Source of the DNA: Candidatus Sulfotelmatobacter sp.
Lineage (GTDB): Bacteria > Acidobacteriota > Terriglobia > Terriglobales > Acidobacteriaceae
DNA: 64,000 bases
Reading direction: 5' to 3'
Assembly: GCA_035695545.1 (NCBI GenBank)
Contig: DASRRV010000019.1
Span: 411-64,410 of the forward strand
In this document: piece after piece, positions 56,809 to 64,000 of the stretch
How positions within the stretch are numbered: position 1 is the stretch's first letter
How the letters are laid out: each line of letters starts with the position of its first letter
Translations under genes and position numbers: made by a program
The notes under the pieces: generated by a model
Told to the model about the DNA's origin: nothing
The model's database searches: none
Seen by the model: only the letters and a program-made list of their open reading frames with translations

Positions 56809-57738
56809 TTACGGCTGGTAAATCTGCACCTTATTGAAAACGCTCCCGGTAAACAGGCGTCCGTCATCCGATCCGCCGAAGCAGTACAGTTGGTTGTTCG
56901 CGACCGCCGGCATGGCATTGATCGTTGCTAGCGGTGCTGGCGCCAGCCACTGTCCAAACGCCGGTCGCTGCGATAAAAGACTCTGTTTTGATGGTCGCAC
57001 CACCCGCGAGGTTCGAGGTGCTACCGCCCGTCACGCACAGCTTGCCGAGTACTGCCGCACCGCACCCGCCGTTTCGCGGCGTCGTATCGGGCATTAGAGG
57101 ACTCCACTTGTTTGTGGTCGCGTTGTAGCCTTCGGTATCGCCCGTGGGATTTCCGCTATTTTCCAGGCCACCAGCAGAAACGATCGTCGTACCCAGCAAC
57201 CCGACCACAGGGCCTGATTTCGCCGTGAGCATCGAAGCCTCCGAGGCCCAAGTATCGGTGGCGGGATTGTAGCGCTGCACTATTGCAGACCGCGATCCCG
57301 TGTACCCGCCGACAACATAGATCAGGCCGTTTGTGAGGGTGCCGGCCGGAGTTATCTTGTACACCGTTCCACAGCAACTCGAGCCTCCTGTATAGGTGGT
57401 GCCGTAGAAGTTGCCATCCGTGCCGAGCGTCAGGCCGCGAGGGGATCGCTGCCATGCGTCTGATCAAAGCTGTAGATCACCGTCTCCACTCCTGCGGGCG
57501 TGATCTTCAAAACTGCGCCATTGCCGTTGATCGCTCCGCCGCTGGGAGCGGTGCCGTAGAGGTTGCGGTCGCGGCCCTGGGCAATGACGCCGGAATATGC
57601 CGGGCTATAGGTGTCGCTAGCCTTGCTGCCGAAGTTGTAGAGTACGGAAAATGTCTGTCCGTACGCAGGCGTCAATGCAGCGGCGAGGATGACGGTGAGA
57701 GCGGTGACGAAGTAGGCGGAGTCTTGCAGTTTGCGCAC
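56809..57738 (-). pseudogene. secreted GloVer-repeat / Kelch-repeat protein broken by two frame shifts
   Basis: GTG 57738 with GGAGG upstream and the signal peptide AYFVTALTVILAAALTPAYGQ. FSVLYNF...NLYGTAPSGG...VLKITPAG repeats are followed by Kelch-like units (YNPATDTW, YNATTNKW, QLYCFGG). Frame changes lie at about 57441-57444 and about 56947. Confidence 0.7.
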
Positions 57739-58138
57739 GGGTGCCTCCCAGAGGGAAAGGATTTTTGGAGTTTCGTGATTCTCTCGGACTAAAAAGACGG
57801 GGCCCAAATTCAAACCGCGAATCGCTTTGGGGGAACGAGCGGAAAGGTGAGGCGCGATAGTAGTTCGACTCAGATCACCCTGTCAATGTGAAAGATATTG
57901 CGGCTCTTGTGGATAACATCGCCGAGATGCCTGGGACAATCCTCGCGCGCTTCTGTACCTCCCCGTAATGTTTCGTGCGCGCCTCCTGCGTTATACTCGA
58001 TCCCGGCGTACAGGACGCCGCCCGTCCGCGGACAGGACTGAGTCCACCTGAGCGAATCTTCAAATCTCAAGGTTCTCACGAACCTCCTTTTCGCCCGCTG
58101 CAGCGGACCCCGGGCATGACCACGAAGGAGGTCCGTCG

Positions 58139-59440
58139 ATGTCAGATAAACCAGCAAAGCAGTTTCACGATCGTCAATTTCCTGTCCATCCCAACCTCGA
58201 TCAACTCAAACACCAGGCCAAGGATTTTCTCCGCGCCATCCGCCAGGGCGATCCTGCAGCGGTCGCCGAATTTCAAAAGCATCATCCGAAGCAAATCGAC
58301 CCGGCGGCGGCGAAGCTCGCCGACGCGCAGTTCGCGCTCGCGCACAGCTACGGCTTGCCCAGCTGGCCACGCCTCGTGGCCGCGTGCCGCATGACCGACG
58401 CCATTTGGCTCGGCGATGCCGACACCGTCCAAAAACTGATTCTCAAAGATCCCAAACTGCTTCACGAGGCCGCGCGCGGAGTCGCCGACAGCAACTGGGG
58501 GCCGCCCATGTCGTATGCGGCGAACATCGGGCAGGACAAGATCATCGAAATGCTGCGCAAGATGGGCGCCAGCGACGTCCAGCATGCTTTCGACCGCGCC
58601 TGCCTGCAGGGGCAACTCGAAACTGCGCGCCGCCTGCATGCCATGGGAGCGCTCGCGACTCCGGGTTGCGTGATGGGGCCGTGCGAAACGTTGAATGACG
58701 CGGGGCTCGCGTTTCTGCTCGATCTTGGCGCCGAACTGGCCGACGAACACGGCGACCGTCTCGCGCCCATCGGATTGCTGCTTCAGACCTATTGCCGCGC
58801 ACCTGAACCGAAGCATCGTTGTCTCGAACTGGTTGCCGCGCGCGGCGTAACTCTTCCCGACACTCCGACGATGGCCGTGCATCGCGGCCGCATCGATCTG
58901 CTGGAAAAGCATCTTCTGGAAGGGCACCGGCGCGGCGATCCGCAAATGCTGAACCGGACTTTCTCGCACGAGGAGATCTATCCGCCGGAACTTGGATGCA
59001 GCGCCGACCACTCCCTGGCGCTGCACGGCACGCCTCTGGCGGGCGCGACGCTGCTGCACATGTGCGTCGATTTCGACGAGATCGAAATCGCGCGCTGGCT
59101 GATCGCGCATGGCGCCGACGTAAATGCCAAAGCGGAAATCGACGTCGACGGCTTCGGCGGCCACACGCCGCTGTTCGGTTGCGTGGTGTCGCAGGCATAC
59201 ATGTGCCGCTTGCAGCGGGACGCCGCTTTCGCACGTCTGCTGCTCGATCACGGAGCCGATCCCAAGGCCCGCGCCTCGTTGCGCAAGCGGCTGCGCTTCG
59301 TCCCGGACGAGTCCATGCACGAATACCACGACGTCACGCCGCTGTCGTGGGGCGAGCGCTTTCACGGACCGGGAACGCCCGGCCACACCTGGGTCAGCAA
59401 GCCGGCAATGCAACTAATCGCCGAACGCGGCGGCCGCTAG
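58139..59440 (+). CDS. ankyrin-repeat protein
   Basis: 433 aa. GATLLHMCVDFDEIEIARWLIAHGADVNAK and GHTPLF...ARLLLDHGADP are ankyrin units. AGGAGG upstream of the ATG. Confidence 0.8.
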   Translation: MSDKPAKQFHDRQFPVHPNLDQLKHQAKDFLRAIRQGDPAAVAEFQKHHPKQIDPAAAKLADAQFALAHSYGLPSWPRLVAACRMTDAIWLGDADTVQKLILKDPKLLHEAARGVADSNWGPPMSYAANIGQDKIIEMLRKMGASDVQHAFDRACLQGQLETARRLHAMGALATPGCVMGPCETLNDAGLAFLLDLGAELADEHGDRLAPIGLLLQTYCRAPEPKHRCLELVAARGVTLPDTPTMAVHRGRIDLLEKHLLEGHRRGDPQMLNRTFSHEEIYPPELGCSADHSLALHGTPLAGATLLHMCVDFDEIEIARWLIAHGADVNAKAEIDVDGFGGHTPLFGCVVSQAYMCRLQRDAAFARLLLDHGADPKARASLRKRLRFVPDESMHEYHDVTPLSWGERFHGPGTPGHTWVSKPAMQLIAERGGR

Positions 59441-59516
59441 AAGCGGCTGCTAGAAGGGAAGGCCCCCGCCTGCTAAACTCATCCGTTTGTCGTAGAGACG
59501 TTGCGTGCAACGTACG

Positions 59517-59557
59517 TTTCAATGTTTCAAAGTTTCAGTGTTTCAAAGTTTCAATGT
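59517..59557. repeat. GTTTCAAW word array, forward only
   Basis: gtttcaatgtttcaaagtttcagtgtttcaaagtttcaatg after the ankyrin gene. Confidence 0.85.
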
Positions 59558-59565
59558 CTGAATAA

Positions 59566-59611
59566 CTCAAAGCTCAATGCTCAATGCTCAATGCTCATGC
59601 TCAATGCTTCA
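59566..59611. repeat. GCTCAAT heptamer word array
   Basis: ctcaaagctcaatgctcaatgctcaatgctcatgctcaatgcttca. Immediately follows the GTTTCAA array and lies upstream of the S9 peptidase. Confidence 0.85.
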
Positions 59612-59631
59612 CTGATCTGAGGAGTTCCCTT

Positions 59632-61869
59632 ATGCGCCGTCTTCTTCTCTCCCTGCTGGTTCTTGCCTTCACTCTTCCCGCCGCAGCCCAGGCCAAGCAT
59701 CCCTTCACCTTCGAAGACATGATGAAGCTGAAGCGCGTGGGCGAACCCGTAGTCTCGCCAGACGGCAAGTGGGTAATCTTCAGCGTGGTCGACGTCGATC
59801 TAGAGGCGAATACGAAAACACCGCACATCTGGATCGTGCCCGCGGCTGGTGGCCAGGAGCGCGAGCTGATCGCCGATCAGGACGGAGACCGCCCCCGCTG
59901 GGCGCCGGACGGCAACCGCTTCGCGTTCCTGTCGACCAAAGAAGGCGGCTCGCAAGTTTGGATCGCGGAGTTCGACGGCGCCTTAGGAACAGTCAAGGGC
60001 GTTACCAAGCTGACGTCGATTGCGACGGAAGCTGGCGGCGAGCTGTGGTCGCCGGACGGATGGAACATCCTTTTTACCTCAGATGTCTATCCCGAATGCG
60101 ACGGGTCCCCGGAGCCAGAACGCTCCTGCAACGCGAAGAGAGTTAAGGCAGCCGAGCAATCACAGGTCAAAGCGTTGATTTTTGATCGTCTCCTTTATCG
60201 TCATTGGAATGCATACAAAGAAGGCAAACGAACGCACATCTTCGCGATCGGGCTCGACTGGCCGTCCCTGTCTCAGCCACATCCCGCACAAGGGGGGATG
60301 AGCGGAAGTCTGCCAGTTGAGCGCGATCTGACCCCGGGCGACTACGACGCGCCGGTGTTCTCTCTTGGCGGGCAGGACGACTATGCCTTCTCGCCCGACG
60401 GTAAAGAGATTTGCTACGCGTCGAATCACGACAAGAACGAAGCCGCTTCCACCAACAACGATCTGTGGATCGTCCCGGTCAACGGAGGAGCTGCGAAGAA
60501 CATCACCGCCGACAATCCCGCCAGCGACTCGACGCCGCTCTATTCGCCCGATGGCCGCTACATCGCCTACCGCGCTCAGCAGCGTCCCGGATACGAGAGC
60601 GACTGTTTCCGTCTGATGGTCTACGACAGGACTACAAGCAAATCCCGGGAACTGATGGTGCCCAAACCCGATTGGGTGGGCACGTTCATCTGGTCGCCGG
60701 ATTCGATTAGGGTCTTCTATGTCACGAACCACATGGAAGGGCGCAACGCGGGACAGATAAATGTAGTGTGGTCAACCACGGTTGACCCGGTGACGGTGAA
60801 GCCGAAACCTCTGCCCAAGAGCATTCCAGAAAACCTGCGAAAGGGTATGCGTCAGGTTTCCCGGATAACAATGGTTCAGGCGTGGGCTCGCGGGTACGCC
60901 GACGACCTCGCGTTCTCCCCTGATGGCAAGACCCTATTCTTTACGCGTATGTCGCTGCAGCGTCCGAATGAGATTTGGAACCTGATTCTCCCCGACCAGG
61001 TCGACTGGGACAACCTACCGACGGGCGAGGCGGTCACCCACTTCAACGACGCTGTACTCTCCGGCGTCTTAATGACTCCCCTCGAAACATTCTGGTTCCC
61101 CGGAGCGAATGGCGATGAAGTCGAAGGCTTACTCGTCAAGCCACCGAACTTCGACGCCTCCAAGAAATATCCCGTGAAGTTTCTGATCCACGGCGGGCCG
61201 CAGGGGGCCTGGGCGGATGACTGGAGCTTTCGCTGGAATGCCCAGTTGTTCGCGGCGCCAACTTCTGCGACGAGCAGCGGATACGTCGTCATCATGATCA
61301 ACTTCCACGGCTCGACCGGGTACGGACAGAAGTTCATCGACGCCATCAATGGCGACTGGGGCGGCGCTCCGTACGAAGACCTGATGAAGGGCCTCGACTA
61401 CGCGGAAGAGCATTATGGGTTTATTGATAAGTCGCGCGAGTGCGCGCTCGGCGCGAGCTACGGCGGATACGCCATCAACTGGATCCTCGGCCACACCGAC
61501 CGCTTCAAGTGCCTGGTGTCGCACGACGGCATGTTTAACGCCGAGTCGGCCTGGGGATCGACTGAAGAACTCTGGTTCAACAACTGGGAGTTCAAAGGGA
61601 CTCCCTACGACAATCGCGCCAGCTACGAGAAGTGGTCGCCGCATCAGTACGCGAAGAACTTCAAGACGCCGACGCTGGTAATCCACAGCCAGCGCGACTA
61701 CCGCCTCGACGTGAGCGAAGGCTTCCAGCTTTTCACGACTTTGCAAACGTTAGGTGTGCCCTCGAAGATGCTCTATTTCCCCGACGAAGGCCACTGGGTG
61801 CTCAAGCCGCAGAACGGCCGCCTCTGGTACAAGACGGTGAACGACTGGGTCGATCAGTGGACGAAGTAG
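59632..61869 (+). CDS. S9-family serine peptidase (prolyl oligopeptidase/acylaminoacyl peptidase type), secreted
   Basis: I prefer ATG 59632, which gives the signal peptide MRRLLLSLLVLAFTLPAAAQA. GASYGGY nucleophile elbow, with a beta-propeller N-terminal half. Confidence 0.9.
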   Translation: MRRLLLSLLVLAFTLPAAAQAKHPFTFEDMMKLKRVGEPVVSPDGKWVIFSVVDVDLEANTKTPHIWIVPAAGGQERELIADQDGDRPRWAPDGNRFAFLSTKEGGSQVWIAEFDGALGTVKGVTKLTSIATEAGGELWSPDGWNILFTSDVYPECDGSPEPERSCNAKRVKAAEQSQVKALIFDRLLYRHWNAYKEGKRTHIFAIGLDWPSLSQPHPAQGGMSGSLPVERDLTPGDYDAPVFSLGGQDDYAFSPDGKEICYASNHDKNEAASTNNDLWIVPVNGGAAKNITADNPASDSTPLYSPDGRYIAYRAQQRPGYESDCFRLMVYDRTTSKSRELMVPKPDWVGTFIWSPDSIRVFYVTNHMEGRNAGQINVVWSTTVDPVTVKPKPLPKSIPENLRKGMRQVSRITMVQAWARGYADDLAFSPDGKTLFFTRMSLQRPNEIWNLILPDQVDWDNLPTGEAVTHFNDAVLSGVLMTPLETFWFPGANGDEVEGLLVKPPNFDASKKYPVKFLIHGGPQGAWADDWSFRWNAQLFAAPTSATSSGYVVIMINFHGSTGYGQKFIDAINGDWGGAPYEDLMKGLDYAEEHYGFIDKSRECALGASYGGYAINWILGHTDRFKCLVSHDGMFNAESAWGSTEELWFNNWEFKGTPYDNRASYEKWSPHQYAKNFKTPTLVIHSQRDYRLDVSEGFQLFTTLQTLGVPSKMLYFPDEGHWVLKPQNGRLWYKTVNDWVDQWTK

Positions 61870-61874
61870 AGCAT

Positions 61875-61931
61875 CGGGCTATCGGCTTTCGGCGTCGGGC
61901 TTTCGGCGTCAGGCTTCGGGCTTCCGGCTCC
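61875..61931. repeat. GGGCTTTCGGCGTC-type word array
   Basis: cgggctatcggctttcggcgtcgggctttcggcgtcaggcttcgggcttccggctcc after the S9 peptidase stop. Confidence 0.75.
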
Positions 61932-62112
61932 CGCACCTGTTCGCCTTGAGCGACGCGGGGTACCTCTGCACTTCGACGTTGACCACTGGCTCTCTTATAG
62001 ACGTTGCTGGCAACAGCTTGCTCGGTCGTGTCCGTGCCACTCCCGGGATTCAGCGGAGGTACGCCGCCACGCGCGGCGTCGTCCTCTTGCCGCTAAGTTG
62101 TTGAAATTGTTT

Positions 62113-62283
62113 CTAAGTTGTTGACGCTTCGTGGAAGTGATTGAAAATTCGTTGCGCGCGTTTAGAGCGCGTTAGAGCGCGGAATTTCCGGCGGACGACC
62201 GGTCGGGTCGCGAGGCGTTCGTCGATCCTAAGGCCGTTTCCGGCCCCGCAAATGGCATTCCAGGCGGCAGTCTGGGTCGACAT
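62113..62283 (-). CDS. very tentative small ORF in an AT-rich patch
   Basis: 56 codons from ATG 62283. The palindrome TGTACGTACA and TATA-like boxes lie upstream. No family recognised. May be non-coding. Confidence 0.2.
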   Translation of the reverse strand: MSTQTAAWNAICGAGNGLRIDERLATRPVVRRKFRALTRSKRAQRIFNHFHEASTT

Positions 62284-62482
62284 TTCGACCTTTATCTCGA
62301 TCCAAATAGTATGCGTATAAAAATGTACGTACAATTAAGTATGTAAAGCTTGAGGACGCCCGGCCCATCTAACTGGTGTAACGTCCCATCTGTCCCCGGG
62401 GCTTTGTCGTCCCGGTTTTTCCCCGTCTCATCCCCCGATTTTTGTCAGAGAAGGTCACTCGAGGTCCCCGTAACTACACACG

Positions 62483-62896
62483 TCAATTTCTCTCATTCTC
62501 CATGTGCAGTACCATCTTCTTATCGGCTTTTTCAGGCCGCACATCTATTGGCACGTTTGCGGGACAAAACCCCTCAGACTTTACGACCAGCCTGTAGTTC
62601 CCGCTTCTAATGTTTCTCAACGCGAACCTTCCGTCGGCATCAGTGTGTGTTTTGGCGAGCAAGCGGTGCTTTTGGCCCGTGAAAAGAAGTACCTGTGCTT
62701 GGGAAACGGGGCCCCTGCGGGGTCGATGGCAATGCCCTCAACCGCAGGAACTCTAAGGAGCTGAGGCTCGACTTGATTGCGATCTTCGTAGCTTTGGTCG
62801 ATGGCGCCAGTTAAGTCATTGGCCGGCGCCAGCAGGGCCCAGTGTTAGCAACACAATTAGAATCTCAAATAGCGTTGGTATCCGGGTGGTCGTCAT
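62483..62896 (-). pseudogene. small secreted carboxypeptidase-regulatory-like domain protein, broken by two frame shifts
   Basis: Hand translation gives three pieces. MTTTRIPTLFEILIVLLTLG is signal-like. Next comes ALLAPANDLTGAIDQSYEDRNQVEPQLLRVPAVEGIAIDPAG. The last piece is PVSQAQVLLFTGQKHRLLAKTHTDADGRFALRNIRSGNYRLVVKSEGF. The frame changes sit at GGGCCC (62835-62840) and GGGGCCCC (62708-62715). Confidence 0.5.
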
Positions 62897-62995
62897 TTCT
62901 TCTCCGATGCTATTAGCTCTCCGTTCACAAGTTTCTCGATTTGTTGGGCGAATCGGCGGGTGGTCAGGCTTTTGAACTCGCCCTCACCCATTAAG

Positions 62996-63215
62996 AAGGT
63001 GAGTGCCCCATCCTTTCGCGTTTCTTTGCGAAAGAGCCTGTCCTGAGCCTGCCGAAGGGTGAGAGGGATGCCGCATGGAGCGCGGATTTTGGCTCTCCCA
63101 AATCGCATGGTACAAGCAGCATCGTACCCGCCCTTGCAAAAAACGCAAGGAGGGGGCACCCGCTTTCGTGGTGGTGACAGCGGAGATCGAAGGGTGGGCC
63201 ACTCGCCGGGATACC
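62996..63215. repeat. MITE/REP-like element with imperfect terminal inverted repeats (GTGCCCCATCC ... GGAGGGGGCAC)
   Basis: The inverted termini at about 63001-63013 and 63151-63163 were read by eye. There are internal palindromes (ctttgcgaaag, ttgcaaaaaacgcaa). Translations of this element give the low-complexity peptides seen in ORFs 62893-63288, 62984-63271 and 62991-63239. Confidence 0.5.
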
Positions 63216-63253
63216 AAAGGTTTGAAATAAATAGAGCATGAGGAGGAGGTGCC

Positions 63254-64000
63254 ATGCCTGACCATTTGCAATTCAACATCGACAGCACCTATCAGGGCCG
63301 GTGGACGATTACATTCAGCAATCCGCCGATCAACATGTTTGTACCCGCAACGATCGTCGAGTTAGGAGCACTAATGACCGACCTTGAGTCGGACCCGTCC
63401 GTGAAGGTCGTGGTGTTTCAGTCGGCAAATCCCGATTTTTTCGTCGCCCATCTCGACGTAGCCAAGGCAGCTGAACAGCCAGAGATGCTGGGCCTTTGGC
63501 GCGAATTTGTATTGCGCCTCTCGTCCACGCCAGTCGTAAGCATCGCCAAGATTCGGGGCCGCACGCGCGGCATCGGCAACGAGTTCGTGCTGGCCTGCGA
63601 CATGCGCTTCGAAAGCCGGCAAAGCGCTCTGTTCGGGAACCCCGAGGTCGGCGTCGGACTGGTCCCGGGCGGGGGAGCACTCGAATGGCTCCCGCGATTG
63701 GTCGGCCGCTCGCGGGCACTGGAGATCGTGCTCAGCGGCGACGATTTCGATGCGGATATCGCCGAGCGCTATGGCTGGGTGAACCGCACGCTGGACGATA
63801 ACGACCTTGACCCATTTGTCGATACGCTCGCCGGGCCTTGGCCTCGTTCGACCGTGAAACGCTGGCTGCGGCGAAGGCCCAGGTCAACCGATTTGGGATG
63901 CCGACAGCTGCGGAGCTTCAATCCAGCAACGACCTGTTCTTCCCGTTGCTGGCCTTGCCAGGCGCGCAGGCGCGCCGTGCCAAGGTTCGTGATATCGGTT
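63254..64000 (+). pseudogene. enoyl-CoA hydratase/isomerase (crotonase) family gene with a frame break near 63831-63837, 3' end outside window
   Basis: Translated by hand from ATG 63254 with AGGAGGAGG upstream: ...VVVFQSANPDFFVAHLD...RGIGNEFVLACDMRF...PEVGVGLVPGGG. After DTLA the crotonase-like sequence (RALASFDRETLAAAKAQVNRFG) continues in another frame. Confidence 0.75.

Noticed and set aside
58142-59413. 423-aa minus-strand ORF, and the 38647-39894 plus-strand ORF of 415 aa.
   Set aside because: They are antisense to the ankyrin-repeat gene and to korA respectively, both of which carry clear family motifs.
62893-63288. 131-aa minus-strand ORF, plus the overlapping ORFs 62984-63271 and 62991-63239.
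   Set aside because: Most of their length reads through the MITE/REP-like element, giving peptides such as ...CVFCKGGYDAACTMRF...LRQAQDRLFRKETRKDGAL. Three frames are open at once, as expected for non-coding GC-rich repeat DNA. Only the last 32 codons might be real.

Overview
This is 64 kb of high-GC bacterial chromosome. Gene content, ribosomal-protein tails and repeat style suggest an Acidobacteriota-like soil bacterium, but that is inference only. Layout: (1) 1-18.2 kb holds the S10-spc-alpha ribosomal superoperon from the 3' end of rpsJ to rplQ, with secY, adk, map, infA and rpoA. rpmJ was found by hand because it is below the ORF-track cutoff. An unexpected 84-codon membrane ORF sits between rpsJ and rplC. 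(2) 18.3-27.7 kb holds small membrane proteins, an MFS transporter, a BlaI/BlaR1-type repressor and sensor-protease pair with a perfect TACA/TGTA-type operator palindrome, a VanZ-like protein, guaB and an AT-richer secreted orphan. (3) 27.7-34.7 kb holds rimP-nusA-infB-DUF503-rbfA-nrnA. (4) 34.9-40.0 kb holds a GT39 glycosyltransferase, an SRPBCC protein and a four-subunit 2-oxoacid:ferredoxin oxidoreductase (delta-alpha-beta-gamma order, minus strand). (5) 40.2-44.8 kb is the most interesting block. It holds a nucleotidyltransferase-like protein, then a three-TM membrane protein ending in a (Gly)n-Cys tail. One nt downstream is a DUF692/MNIO-family oxidase with an extra C-terminal domain, followed by an orphan and a double-GNAT protein. 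(6) 44.8-54 kb holds an M24 aminopeptidase, one tRNA, an AlkD-like protein, a POT transporter, a DUF167 fusion, yggS, an OPT transporter and a secreted LolA-like protein. (7) 54-64 kb holds a four-helix-bundle protein, an HNH endonuclease, comF, a GloVer/Kelch protein, an ankyrin protein, an S9 peptidase, a degenerate repeat-rich stretch and a crotonase. This last block has six frame breaks in four genes, five of them at or next to short G/C runs. About 35 intergenic word arrays are superimposed on the whole window. Their units are 7-8 nt (GTTTCAAR, GCTGAKA, AGCTAGN, GCTCAWA, CAGTTCT and others), and most are arranged as inverted pairs that would fold into long register-slippery hairpins. Many end 3-12 nt before the next start codon. 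A second family of REP-like structured elements (GTCATCCTGAG...GAAGGACC) is also present. I found no rRNA, CRISPR array, transposase or integrase.
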